NCBI GenBank assembly: GCA_040403495.1
Contig: JBBAKM010000004.1
Span: forward strand, 23,456 to 87,455
Length of the DNA stretch: 64,000 bases
Reading direction: 5' to 3'
From: Bacteroidia bacterium
Lineage (GTDB): Bacteria > Bacteroidota > Bacteroidia > NS11-12g > UBA955
Shown here: positions 1-8,006 of the stretch, piece after piece
How positions within the stretch are numbered: the stretch's first letter is position 1
How the letters are laid out: each line of letters starts with the position of its first letter
Made by a program: the position numbers and the translations under genes
Notes under the pieces: generated by a model
What the model was told of the DNA's origin: nothing
Database searches by the model: none
Seen by the model: the letters and a program-made list of their open reading frames with translations, nothing else

Positions 1-237
1 TGTGCCCAGAACGACTGCTATAAATCCAAGAATAGTTGCGTAAATGTTGTCTGCTTGTCCCATAATAATAATGGCGCCTATAATGACTACTCCATGAATG
101 GCATTGGCACCACTCATTAATGGTGTGTGAAGTACACTAGGTACTTTTTCTATCAGTTCGATACCGACAAAAATCATCAACACGACCATGTAAATCATGA
201 GTTGATGTTCTGAAATGAATTTTAATATATCTTGCAT
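1..237 (-). CDS. pntA: NAD(P) transhydrogenase subunit alpha part 2 (PntAB-like small membrane subunit). Partial: the 3' end lies beyond the window edge.
   Basis: The reverse-strand ORF starts at ATG 235-237 and is open to the window edge. It translates MQDILKFISEHQLMIYMVVLMIFVGIELIEKVPSVLHTPLMSGANAIHGVVIIGAIIIMGQ..., a hydrophobic PntA alpha2-type sequence, and lies downstream of pntAA. Confidence 0.65.
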   Translation of the reverse strand, partial: MQDILKFISEHQLMIYMVVLMIFVGIELIEKVPSVLHTPLMSGANAIHGVVIIGAIIIMGQADNIYATILGFIAVVLGT

Positions 238-295
238 TTGGTTAATGGTTATTGGTTAAATTGTTATTGGTTAATAGTCCCGATAGCTATCGGGA

Positions 296-405
296 AATTG
301 TTATATTGTTATATTGTTGAATTGTTAAATTGTTGAATTGTTATAATTTTGAATTATTTTATTTTCAAATTGTTAAATTGTTGACACCTACTAGGCTGAT
401 TCTAG
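296..405. repeat. Array of degenerate tandem repeats of the unit TTGTTA(A/T)ATTGTT(G/A)AA.
   Basis: Direct reading: ttatattgttatattgttgaattgttaaattgttgaattgttataattttgaatt...caaattgttaaattgttgac. The same motif recurs in inverted orientation at 811-840. Confidence 0.7.
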
Positions 406-429
406 TTTCGTGAGGGGGTATCGAAGGGG

Positions 430-810
430 TTATATTGTTAAATTATCGTTTGTGTATTTGATAAGTGAATTAATAGATTTGGGTAATTTTTGAAGTGTTT
501 GTAATAGTTCGTTATATTCGCTTTCAGAAATTAAATTGCGGTGTTTAGATTTTTCGGTCCAATCGTATGATTCAAGTACAGAGCCTTTGCTGTATTGAAA
601 GAATTTGATTTTGTCTTTTTTATGAAATCGTCCAAAACCCTCTGCAATATTGGCGGAAATTGAATCAATGGCTCTAACAAATTGTTTTCCAACAGTATCT
701 CTAGCAAAAAAGTCCCATTTGATGACAATATCCCAAGTAAAGTTACTTAAGTCTTTTGAAATATTGTAAGCTTCTATTTGGCTTATTTTAAGATAATTTT
801 TTTCTGTCAT
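430..810 (-). CDS. Four-helix-bundle protein (23S rRNA intervening-sequence protein family, PF05635/TIGR02436-like).
   Basis: A 126-aa ORF with the characteristic ...ISANIAEGFGRFHKKDKIKFFQYSKGSVLE... core. It sits between pntAA and pntAB on the same strand. Confidence 0.7.
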   Translation of the reverse strand: MTEKNYLKISQIEAYNISKDLSNFTWDIVIKWDFFARDTVGKQFVRAIDSISANIAEGFGRFHKKDKIKFFQYSKGSVLESYDWTEKSKHRNLISESEYNELLQTLQKLPKSINSLIKYTNDNLTI

Positions 811-840
811 TTAAATAACAATTTAACAATTTAACAATCC
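811..840. repeat. Inverted copy of the TTGTTAAATTGTT repeat (aacaatttaacaatttaacaat).
   Basis: The reverse complement, attgttaaattgttaaattgtt, matches the repeat unit at 296-405. Together they flank the four-helix-bundle gene. Confidence 0.65.
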
Positions 841-846
841 AATAAT

Positions 847-1959
847 TTATTTCTTCAAAATTTCTCCGTCTTTACAAATCAATGTTCCTTTGGTGATTTC
901 TTCTTCCATTTCCCATTTAAATCCTTCGTTATTTGCTAGGTGTATAAGGAAAGTGTAAATGTTTTTGGCATAACTTTCACTGGCGTTTTGAGATAATAGT
1001 GACGGTAAATTAGTTTCGCCCACTATTTTAACACCATGTTTCACAACGACTTTGCCAGCTTCACTTATTTCGCAATTGCCTCCTTGTTCTACTGCCATGT
1101 CCACAATAACACTGCCTAGTTTCATGGTTTTTACCATGTCTTCGGTTACTAAAATTGGTGCTTTTTTGCCAGGAATTAAGGCCGTTGTAATCACAACATC
1201 AGCAGCAGCTATGTGTTTGCCAAGTATTTCTCTTTGCTTTTTTAAGGTGTCATCACTGGTTTCTTTCACATAGCCACCTTCTATTTTTACATCTCCAGTA
1301 TCAAAACTAATGAATTTCCCCCCTAATGATTCCACTTGTTCTTTTGTTTCAGGTCTTATGTCGGTTACCTCAACCACAGCACCCAATCTTTTGGCTGTTC
1401 CAATAGCTTGCAAACCAGCTACACCTGCGCCAAAAATCAATACTTTTGAAGGAGTAATCGTTCCGGCAGCTGTCATTAACATTGGGAAAATTCTAGCCGA
1501 ATGGTGAGCGCCAAGCATAACCGCCTTGTAACCAGCCAAATTGGCTTGTGAACTTAATGCATCCATACTTTGTGCCCTCGAAATTCTCGGAATAGCATCC
1601 ATACTAAAAACCGTAATTTTCTTGGCGTTTAACTTTTCTATGAGCTCAGGATTGGTGAGGTGGTAAACAAAAGAAATTAAAGTAGAACCTTCCTTTAATA
1701 AATTGATTTCATCCTGATTGGGAGCATTAACTTTTAGTAATACATCCGATTTTTGACAAACGTCAGCATTTGAATTTAAAATTTCTGCTCCCGCTTGTTG
1801 GTAGTTGTCGTCGGAAAAATTAGACAAAGTGCCTGAACCAGTCTCTATGACACATTTAAAACCTGCTTTCACTAGGTTTTTAACCACATCAGGACTCATG
1901 GCAACTCTATTTTCGCCTTGTTTCGATTCTTTAATAGTACCTATTATCATCATGGGCAA
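847..1959 (-). CDS. pntA: NAD(P) transhydrogenase subunit alpha part 1 (AlaDH/PNT N- and C-domains).
   Basis: The 370-aa product has ENRVAMSP, a GAGVAGLQAIGTAKRLGA Rossmann motif and overall PntAA architecture. Confidence 0.9.
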   Translation of the reverse strand: MPMMIIGTIKESKQGENRVAMSPDVVKNLVKAGFKCVIETGSGTLSNFSDDNYQQAGAEILNSNADVCQKSDVLLKVNAPNQDEINLLKEGSTLISFVYHLTNPELIEKLNAKKITVFSMDAIPRISRAQSMDALSSQANLAGYKAVMLGAHHSARIFPMLMTAAGTITPSKVLIFGAGVAGLQAIGTAKRLGAVVEVTDIRPETKEQVESLGGKFISFDTGDVKIEGGYVKETSDDTLKKQREILGKHIAAADVVITTALIPGKKAPILVTEDMVKTMKLGSVIVDMAVEQGGNCEISEAGKVVVKHGVKIVGETNLPSLLSQNASESYAKNIYTFLIHLANNEGFKWEMEEEITKGTLICKDGEILKK

Positions 1960-2084
1960 ATGTAGAAAAAAAACAAGAGAGTATCGATGTCACATGTTAT
2001 TTTTTTAGCAAAAAGCTTAAATCAATTGGTTTTTATTACATTGTAATGGTTAAGATAAATTATTTTTTAAATTTTTAGTCCTCT

Positions 2085-2160
2085 TTATTCATTTTCCTTT
2101 GGTAGGTATGCAGCCTTGGATTAAGCGATGAGTACCAACCAATTTTTGTGGTCGTTCTGA
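2085..2160 (+). repeat. Conserved ~75-nt noncoding element, copy 1 (tcctttggtaggtatgcagccttggattaagcgatgagtaccaaccaatttttgtggtcg).
   Basis: It is ~75% identical to 3086-3165 in direct orientation. It contains a potential hairpin, TTGGAT...AACCAA, which in copy 2 reads TTGGCT...AGCCAA, a compensatory change. Confidence 0.6.
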
Positions 2161-2233
2161 TAATTAGGAGGCAACCTCACAAGGCTATCATTCAGAATTA
2201 GTATAGCTAAAATCAATAATGAGGGAGTCGGTT

Positions 2234-2854
2234 TTATTTTTCAATATTGTGTCTTACAAGATCCCAAACACGTATATTTTTGTTAGTTGAAGTATCAACG
2301 ATTTTTTTTCTTATGTAACCAACATTCATTGAAAAATAATAGTCAAAATTATATTTAGATACTGACGATCTCCTTCGTATGTCTTTATATGTCTTTCCTT
2401 TAATTTTAAAAGAATCAACAATATAAGATTTGCGGTCATAATATTCAAATGCATATATTCTTAGTAATTTAAAATTATTGTTTTCAATGTCATTAACTAC
2501 AATTTCGTCTGTTGATGGATTTTCATATAGTTTATATTTTGTTAAAGAAATAGTATCTTTATAGAATGAAGAATACAAATACATGTTTGAAGTTCTTAAA
2601 TGGTATTCGTATGAGCAATCATAACTTTTTTCTAGATAATCACTATAATCACTATTTATAACATATACTGAATCTATTGCTTTTGAAATGGTATCTTCAT
2701 AAATCCAATAGGAGTTTTTGTTGAAATATAAGCATTGATAATCTATATTAAATCTCCTGTCAAAGTATGTTAAATTACAAGGGTGATCATTTGGCTTACT
2801 CATACAAGATATCAAAAGTATCACGCTTGTAAATATATAATTTTTGTTTTTCAT
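2234..2854 (-). CDS. Hypothetical lipoprotein.
   Basis: The 206-aa product has a signal peptide plus lipobox (VILLISCMS) and is otherwise unrecognisable, Tyr/Asn-rich. It is flanked by the two copies of the conserved 75-nt element. Confidence 0.5.
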   Translation of the reverse strand: MKNKNYIFTSVILLISCMSKPNDHPCNLTYFDRRFNIDYQCLYFNKNSYWIYEDTISKAIDSVYVINSDYSDYLEKSYDCSYEYHLRTSNMYLYSSFYKDTISLTKYKLYENPSTDEIVVNDIENNNFKLLRIYAFEYYDRKSYIVDSFKIKGKTYKDIRRRSSVSKYNFDYYFSMNVGYIRKKIVDTSTNKNIRVWDLVRHNIEK

Positions 2855-3085
2855 AGTATGGTTAATTTAATTGGAGCTGTTGCTTGAAAAATGAATTTAC
2901 TTTTTTTAGTAACTTTTTGTTTTAAGAGTTAATACGCAAATATATTATTTATTATTTTTTTATTTAGCTATGGGCAAAATAATATCAATAATAGTTTAAA
3001 TCCTCATTTCCGAGGTTTTAGATATCGAAAAAGTTTTTTAATACGGCTTGTCTATTATGTGTTGGTGGGCAAACATCGTTTCACG

Positions 3086-3165
3086 TAAAAAGAATTTCTC
3101 CTTTGCTTGGTATGCAGCCTTGGCTTAAGGGATGAGTAACAGCCAATTTTTGTGGTCGGTCGCAA
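3086..3165 (+). repeat. Conserved ~75-nt noncoding element, copy 2 (tctcctttgcttggtatgcagccttggcttaagggatgagtaacagccaatttttgtggtcg).
   Basis: See copy 1. This copy lies ~150 nt upstream of ald. Confidence 0.6.
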
Positions 3166-3310
3166 TAACATAAGACTAATCATCAATCCAACCACTGTAA
3201 AAAACTTTTTACTTCTAAAATTTGCCTTACTTTTTTCACGGAAAAAGAATTTTTTTTTGAGGGGATAAAAAATTACTTTTGCACCACCTTAACAAAAAAT
3301 AAATAATAAT

Positions 3311-4426
3311 ATGATTATCGGTGTTCCAAAAGAAATTAAAAATAACGAAAATAGAGTTGCTGTAACGCCAGCAGGTGTGAGTGATTTCGTTAGACATGGC
3401 CATACAGTTTATGTGCAACATACTGCTGGAAATGGAAGTGGTTTTAGTGATGAAGAATATACTGAAGCTGGAGCGACTATTTTGTCAACAATCGAAGAAG
3501 TATATGCCATTGCTGAAATGATTGTTAAAGTAAAAGAACCAATCGAAAGCGAATACAAACTGATTAAAAAAGGTCAATTGTTATTTACTTACTTTCACTT
3601 TGCTAGCTATGAGCCATTAACACATGCAATGATTGCAAGTGGTGCTACTTGTTTAGCTTATGAAACTGTTGAGAAAAACGACCGTTCATTGCCTTTGTTA
3701 GTGCCTATGAGCGAAGTAGCTGGTAGAATGTCTATTCAACAAGGGGCTAAATATTTAGAAAAACCAATGGGTGGAAGAGGTATTTTATTAGGTGGTGTTC
3801 CGGGTGTTAAACCAGCAGAAGTATTGGTATTAGGCGGTGGAATTGTGGGAACACAAGCTGCTAAAATGGCTGCAGGTATGGGCGCTCAGGTTACTATCAT
3901 GGATATTTCTATTCCACGTTTACGTCAGTTAGACGATATTATGCCTGCTAACGTTCAAACGATGTTCAGTAACTCATACAACATTAAAGCGGCTATCAAA
4001 ACTGCCGATTTAGTGATTGGTGGCGTTTTGATTCCAGGTGCAAAAGCGCCACACTTAATTACCAAAGATAATTTAAGTTCAATGAAAAAAGGTTCTGTAT
4101 TGGTGGACGTTGCTGTAGACCAAGGTGGATGCTTCGAAACAACTAAACCTACTACTCACGCTGACCCAATTTATGTAATAGATGATGTTATTCACTATTG
4201 CGTTGCCAATATGCCAGGAGCAGTTCCTTACACTTCAACTTTAGCTTTAACAAATGCAACTTTACCGTATGCTATTCAATTGGCAAATCAAGGTTGGAAA
4301 ACAGCTTGTTCAAGCAATAATGAATTGAAATTAGGTTTAAATGTGGTTGATGGAAAAGTGGTTTACAAAGCCGTTTCTGATGCTTTCAATTTACCTTACA
4401 CGCCAGTTGAAGAAGTGTTAAATTAA
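3311..4426 (+). CDS. ald: L-alanine dehydrogenase.
   Basis: The 371-aa product has MIIGVPKEIKNNENRVAVTP at the N-terminus, a GGGIVGTQAAKMAAGMGA NAD-binding loop and full-length AlaDH similarity. Confidence 0.9.
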   Translation: MIIGVPKEIKNNENRVAVTPAGVSDFVRHGHTVYVQHTAGNGSGFSDEEYTEAGATILSTIEEVYAIAEMIVKVKEPIESEYKLIKKGQLLFTYFHFASYEPLTHAMIASGATCLAYETVEKNDRSLPLLVPMSEVAGRMSIQQGAKYLEKPMGGRGILLGGVPGVKPAEVLVLGGGIVGTQAAKMAAGMGAQVTIMDISIPRLRQLDDIMPANVQTMFSNSYNIKAAIKTADLVIGGVLIPGAKAPHLITKDNLSSMKKGSVLVDVAVDQGGCFETTKPTTHADPIYVIDDVIHYCVANMPGAVPYTSTLALTNATLPYAIQLANQGWKTACSSNNELKLGLNVVDGKVVYKAVSDAFNLPYTPVEEVLN

Positions 4427-4450
4427 TTTTTATTTCACATAATTAAAAAA

Positions 4451-4477
4451 GGCGATACGTTTGTATCGCCTTTTTTT
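4451..4477. terminator. Rho-independent terminator, bidirectional between the convergent ald and cyt-b5-like genes.
   Basis: The hairpin GGCGATACgtttGTATCGCC is followed by TTTTTTT on the + strand and preceded by an A-run. Confidence 0.75.
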
Positions 4478-4494
4478 GTAAAAAAAATGTCATT

Positions 4495-4722
4495 TTATTC
4501 AAGTTCGCCAATTTTTGTAAACTTGTTAAATACTGATTCGGAATGTGGCGCATGTGCTAGTTCTTTTGTTAAATCCTGACCAGCCCAGTGCTCGTAATGC
4601 TTGCCATTGCGCCATAGTCGGCTCTCCGTAACATCATAAATATTTCCTTTATATGCCACCCAAATTTCGGGTTTGTCTTGCCCATTTCGCAGGGACAGCT
4701 GTTGTAGCGTGTATTTTTTCAA
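4495..4722 (-). CDS. Cytochrome b5-like heme/steroid-binding domain protein.
   Basis: The 75-aa product carries ...HYEHWAGQDLTKELAHAPHSESVF..., typical of small cyt-b5-like domain proteins. Confidence 0.55.
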   Translation of the reverse strand: MKKYTLQQLSLRNGQDKPEIWVAYKGNIYDVTESRLWRNGKHYEHWAGQDLTKELAHAPHSESVFNKFTKIGELE

Positions 4723-4776
4723 AGTGTTATTTCCTTTTTTTGTTTTAAATTTGAATTCTACAAAGATATTACAGAT

Positions 4777-5928
4777 TTGAAATACAGATTGTTTTTTAGT
4801 TTAATAATTGTTTACATGGCTTGTGTCTTTGGCTGGTGGTTGTATTCCTTTATTTCTTTGGTCCGTTCTGAATACACTTTAGAAAAAGAAAATTTAAACC
4901 TAAATGCTTTACTCATCAGAAAGCGATTGTCCCTCGACTTAGAATCAATGAATAATGACTCTAAACTTAGTCCATATCAATTTTATTTAAAAAATAAATC
5001 GATGGTTGATTCTACTATTCAAAAGTTGAATGAAGAATTGTCAACAGAAACTTATTTAATTGTCAAAGACACAAACGCATCATTTTCGGGACTTTATGAT
5101 GTAGTTGTTCATCCAAGGGAGTTTAAACAAAAAGAGAAAAGATACAACTCTAAAAAAAGAGCTTATTATTCTGAGGTCTTGTTTTTTGGCCTTTTAGTTA
5201 TAGCAGGTTCCGTTTGGATTTTCACCAAATTAGAATCTTTACTTAAGTTGAATAAACTGCAAAACAACTTCCTTTTGTCCATTACACATGAGCTAAAAAC
5301 CCCATTGGCTGCTATAAAATTAAGTAGTGAAACCTTGTTAAAGAGGAATTTAGACCCTGAAATGTCTAAACAAATTGTATCACAAACATTGAGTAATGCC
5401 GAGCGGTTGAATGATTTGATAGACAATGTTTTGTTAGCCACCAATATCGACAGTCAAACCTATCAGTTTAAAATGCAATCGCTCAATCTGTCCGATTTAA
5501 TACACGAAACGGCTGATGTTATTTTTGTAGAACCTCATTTTACAGGACAATTGAATATTGAAACCGACAGTCAACGAATTTATGGAGATGAATTGGCTAT
5601 TAAATTGGTTCTTAGTAACATATTCAACAATGCAATTAAGTATGGTGGTGAAAATGTAGTGGTTGATGTAAAAACAGAAACAGAACGCAATACAGAAAAG
5701 TTAATTATTTCTGACAATGGTATAGGGATTGATGTGAAAGAATCGAAACAGATATTTAAGAAATTTTACCGAGTAGGAGACGAAGAAACGCGTGAAACAA
5801 AAGGGACAGGTTTGGGGTTATACATTGTAAAAGAGATTCTTAAATACCACAAAGCGAAAATTGAAATAAAACCTAATGTGCCCAAAGGGACACAGTTTAT
5901 AATAACCTTTAAAAAATTAAAAATATGA
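4777..5928 (+). CDS. Sensor histidine kinase (HisKA + HATPase_c).
   Basis: The product has N-terminal TM segments, an H-box ITHELKTPLAAIKL, an N-box NAIKYGG and a G-box GTGLGLYIVK. Confidence 0.85.
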   Translation: MKYRLFFSLIIVYMACVFGWWLYSFISLVRSEYTLEKENLNLNALLIRKRLSLDLESMNNDSKLSPYQFYLKNKSMVDSTIQKLNEELSTETYLIVKDTNASFSGLYDVVVHPREFKQKEKRYNSKKRAYYSEVLFFGLLVIAGSVWIFTKLESLLKLNKLQNNFLLSITHELKTPLAAIKLSSETLLKRNLDPEMSKQIVSQTLSNAERLNDLIDNVLLATNIDSQTYQFKMQSLNLSDLIHETADVIFVEPHFTGQLNIETDSQRIYGDELAIKLVLSNIFNNAIKYGGENVVVDVKTETERNTEKLIISDNGIGIDVKESKQIFKKFYRVGDEETRETKGTGLGLYIVKEILKYHKAKIEIKPNVPKGTQFIITFKKLKI

Positions 5929-6629
5929 CCAAAAGAATAATGTTAGTGGAAGATGAATCAAGTTTGCACGACTTATTAAAGTTGAATCTAGAACTTGATG
6001 GCAACAAGGTAGTTGGCGTTAAAGACGGAGAAACAGCTATTAAAAAATTCAATGACCAGCAGTTTGATTTGGTTATTTTAGATGTGATGATACCTGGAAT
6101 TAATGGTTTAAATGTATGCGAAAGTATTCGTTTGAAAGATGGCAATGTGCCTATTTTGTTTTTATCAGCCAAAAGTAGACCGGAAGACAGAATAGCGGGT
6201 TTGAAAAAAGGTGCCGATGATTATTTAACCAAACCATTCAACTTGGAAGAATTGCAGTTAAGGGTTAATAATTTGCTTAATAGACGTCAAATGCAAGGCA
6301 CTACTATGGCGCAAAACCATGGTCTCAAAGAGTTTTCATTTGGTCCAAACTATATCAATTTTGACAATCACGAAGCCAAAGGAGTAAATGGCACATACAC
6401 TTTAACCAAAAAAGAAGTAATGTTACTTAAGCTATTAATAGAACACAAGGGCGAAATAGTAAGCAGAGAGAAAATATTACAAACAGTTTGGGGTTATTCG
6501 GTTTATCCATCTACCAGAACGATTGATAATTTCATACTTTCATTTAGAAAATATTTTGAATTAGACCCTAAAAATCCGCAATACATTATCTCAATCAGAG
6601 GTGTTGGCTATATGCTTGATTTTAAATAA
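5925..6629 (+). CDS. OmpR-family response regulator (REC + winged-helix trans_reg_C).
   Basis: The product has MLVEDESSL...DLVILDVMIPGINGL in the receiver domain and a C-terminal ...ISIRGVGYMLDF winged helix. The start overlaps the HK stop (ATGA). Confidence 0.9.
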   Translation: MTKRIMLVEDESSLHDLLKLNLELDGNKVVGVKDGETAIKKFNDQQFDLVILDVMIPGINGLNVCESIRLKDGNVPILFLSAKSRPEDRIAGLKKGADDYLTKPFNLEELQLRVNNLLNRRQMQGTTMAQNHGLKEFSFGPNYINFDNHEAKGVNGTYTLTKKEVMLLKLLIEHKGEIVSREKILQTVWGYSVYPSTRTIDNFILSFRKYFELDPKNPQYIISIRGVGYMLDFK

Positions 6630-6724
6630 GTTGCGCAATGTCATAATACTGTCATTTTTGAACTTGTTTTGAAATAAACAAGTAATAAAACGTAATTTTG
6701 TAACCACTTAAAATCTCTTTAAAA

Positions 6725-7987
6725 ATGAAAAAAATAGCAAGCATATTCTTCTCTCTCTTTGTTGCTTCTTTTGCAGCACAATCTCAATGTCCTGTAACTG
6801 ATAGTACTCTTATGGGTGCAGGCTCAATCAATGATGTTTATTACAGTTTAAAAAACGGGGTTGTCAAGACAGTTTCAAACAAAAATTGGCATTTGGCATT
6901 TTCGGTAATGCGTAGTCAGTTCCCAGGAAATCCATCTACAGGTGTAGCAGTTCGTTTAAATTCTGCAGGCAATAATATGAAGTTAGTAAGGTTACCCGCC
7001 ACACAAAATCCAGCAAATTGGAGAAGCATAGATACTACAGGCATGTATGCTTTGCCAGAACTAATTGATTCTGATAGTACTTGGTTTTCTACTGCATTCA
7101 CAAAGGGTTACTCATCTGCAGACCCATTTAATTTTATTTGGGGTGCTTACAACATGTCATCCAAACATGTTGATGGAACTAACGTGTATATTATGTTCAA
7201 CAAAGCAGATAATATCTACAAAAAAGTATTTATTAGGCAAGTCACTTTTGATTCTATGTGGAGTGTAGTGGTTTCAAACTTAGACAATACAGATTCTAAT
7301 TTTGTTCAAATTAGAAAAAACGCATATCCAAACAGAATGTTTGTTTATTACAATGCAGTAACCAATGAAGTTTTGGACAGAGAACCAGCGAATAACTCTT
7401 GGGATTTGGTTTGGACTAAATACACCACATTTGCAGTAAGTACCCAAGGCAGTGGATTGTTTCCTTTGGTTGGTGTGTTAAGTAATTTAGGCGTTCAGGT
7501 TGCAAAAAACATAGGTAAGAAATGCGATCAAGTATGGTTGTCAACCAAAACAGCACAAGTGAATCCAAAAATATCCTTGATAGGTGGTGATTGGAAATTG
7601 CACATGGGTGGTGGTGTTTTTTCAATAGCAGATACCTTTGTTTATTTTATCACAAGTGGAAATACTACTCATAAATTAACATTCAAAGGGTATATTGGAG
7701 GAGCAACGGGTAAATCAACATTCAATTTGTATGAGGCTACTTTGTCAAACAATGAATTGTCATCAACTCCACAAATTAAAGTAGTTCCAAATCCAATTAA
7801 TGGTTTAGGTGAAATTTTAACAGATTCAAAAGTTGAGAAAATCACAATTCAGAATTTGCAAGGTCAGGTTATTTTAGAAAATTCACTGTCAAATTCATTT
7901 GATATTTTAAATTATGCAAGTGGTATATATCTAATGACCATTCAAACAGATAAAGGATTAACTAAATTGAAACTGATAAAACAATAA
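6725..7987 (+). CDS. Secreted HmuY-like domain protein with a T9SS C-terminal sorting domain.
   Basis: The product has a signal peptide, a WDLVWTKY motif reminiscent of HmuY-family proteins and a C-terminal ~80-aa Por-secretion-type tail (ILNYASGIYLMTIQTDKGLTKLKLIKQ). It lies adjacent to a TonB-dependent receptor. Confidence 0.5.
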   Translation: MKKIASIFFSLFVASFAAQSQCPVTDSTLMGAGSINDVYYSLKNGVVKTVSNKNWHLAFSVMRSQFPGNPSTGVAVRLNSAGNNMKLVRLPATQNPANWRSIDTTGMYALPELIDSDSTWFSTAFTKGYSSADPFNFIWGAYNMSSKHVDGTNVYIMFNKADNIYKKVFIRQVTFDSMWSVVVSNLDNTDSNFVQIRKNAYPNRMFVYYNAVTNEVLDREPANNSWDLVWTKYTTFAVSTQGSGLFPLVGVLSNLGVQVAKNIGKKCDQVWLSTKTAQVNPKISLIGGDWKLHMGGGVFSIADTFVYFITSGNTTHKLTFKGYIGGATGKSTFNLYEATLSNNELSSTPQIKVVPNPINGLGEILTDSKVEKITIQNLQGQVILENSLSNSFDILNYASGIYLMTIQTDKGLTKLKLIKQ

Positions 7988-8006
7988 TAGCTTTTGTAAT
8001 TAATAT

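Noticed and set aside
531-728. 65-aa ORF on the minus strand inside the four-helix-bundle gene.
   Set aside because: It lies fully within, in an alternative frame of, a well-supported CDS, and has no motif.
1052-2008. Three antisense ORFs (1052-1273, 1310-1507, 1805-2008) on the + strand across pntAA.
   Set aside because: They are antisense shadows of the high-confidence pntAA gene, with low-complexity translations.
3236-3421. 61-aa minus-strand ORF overlapping the ald start.
   Set aside because: It overlaps the ald promoter and 5' end, is AT-rich and has no features.
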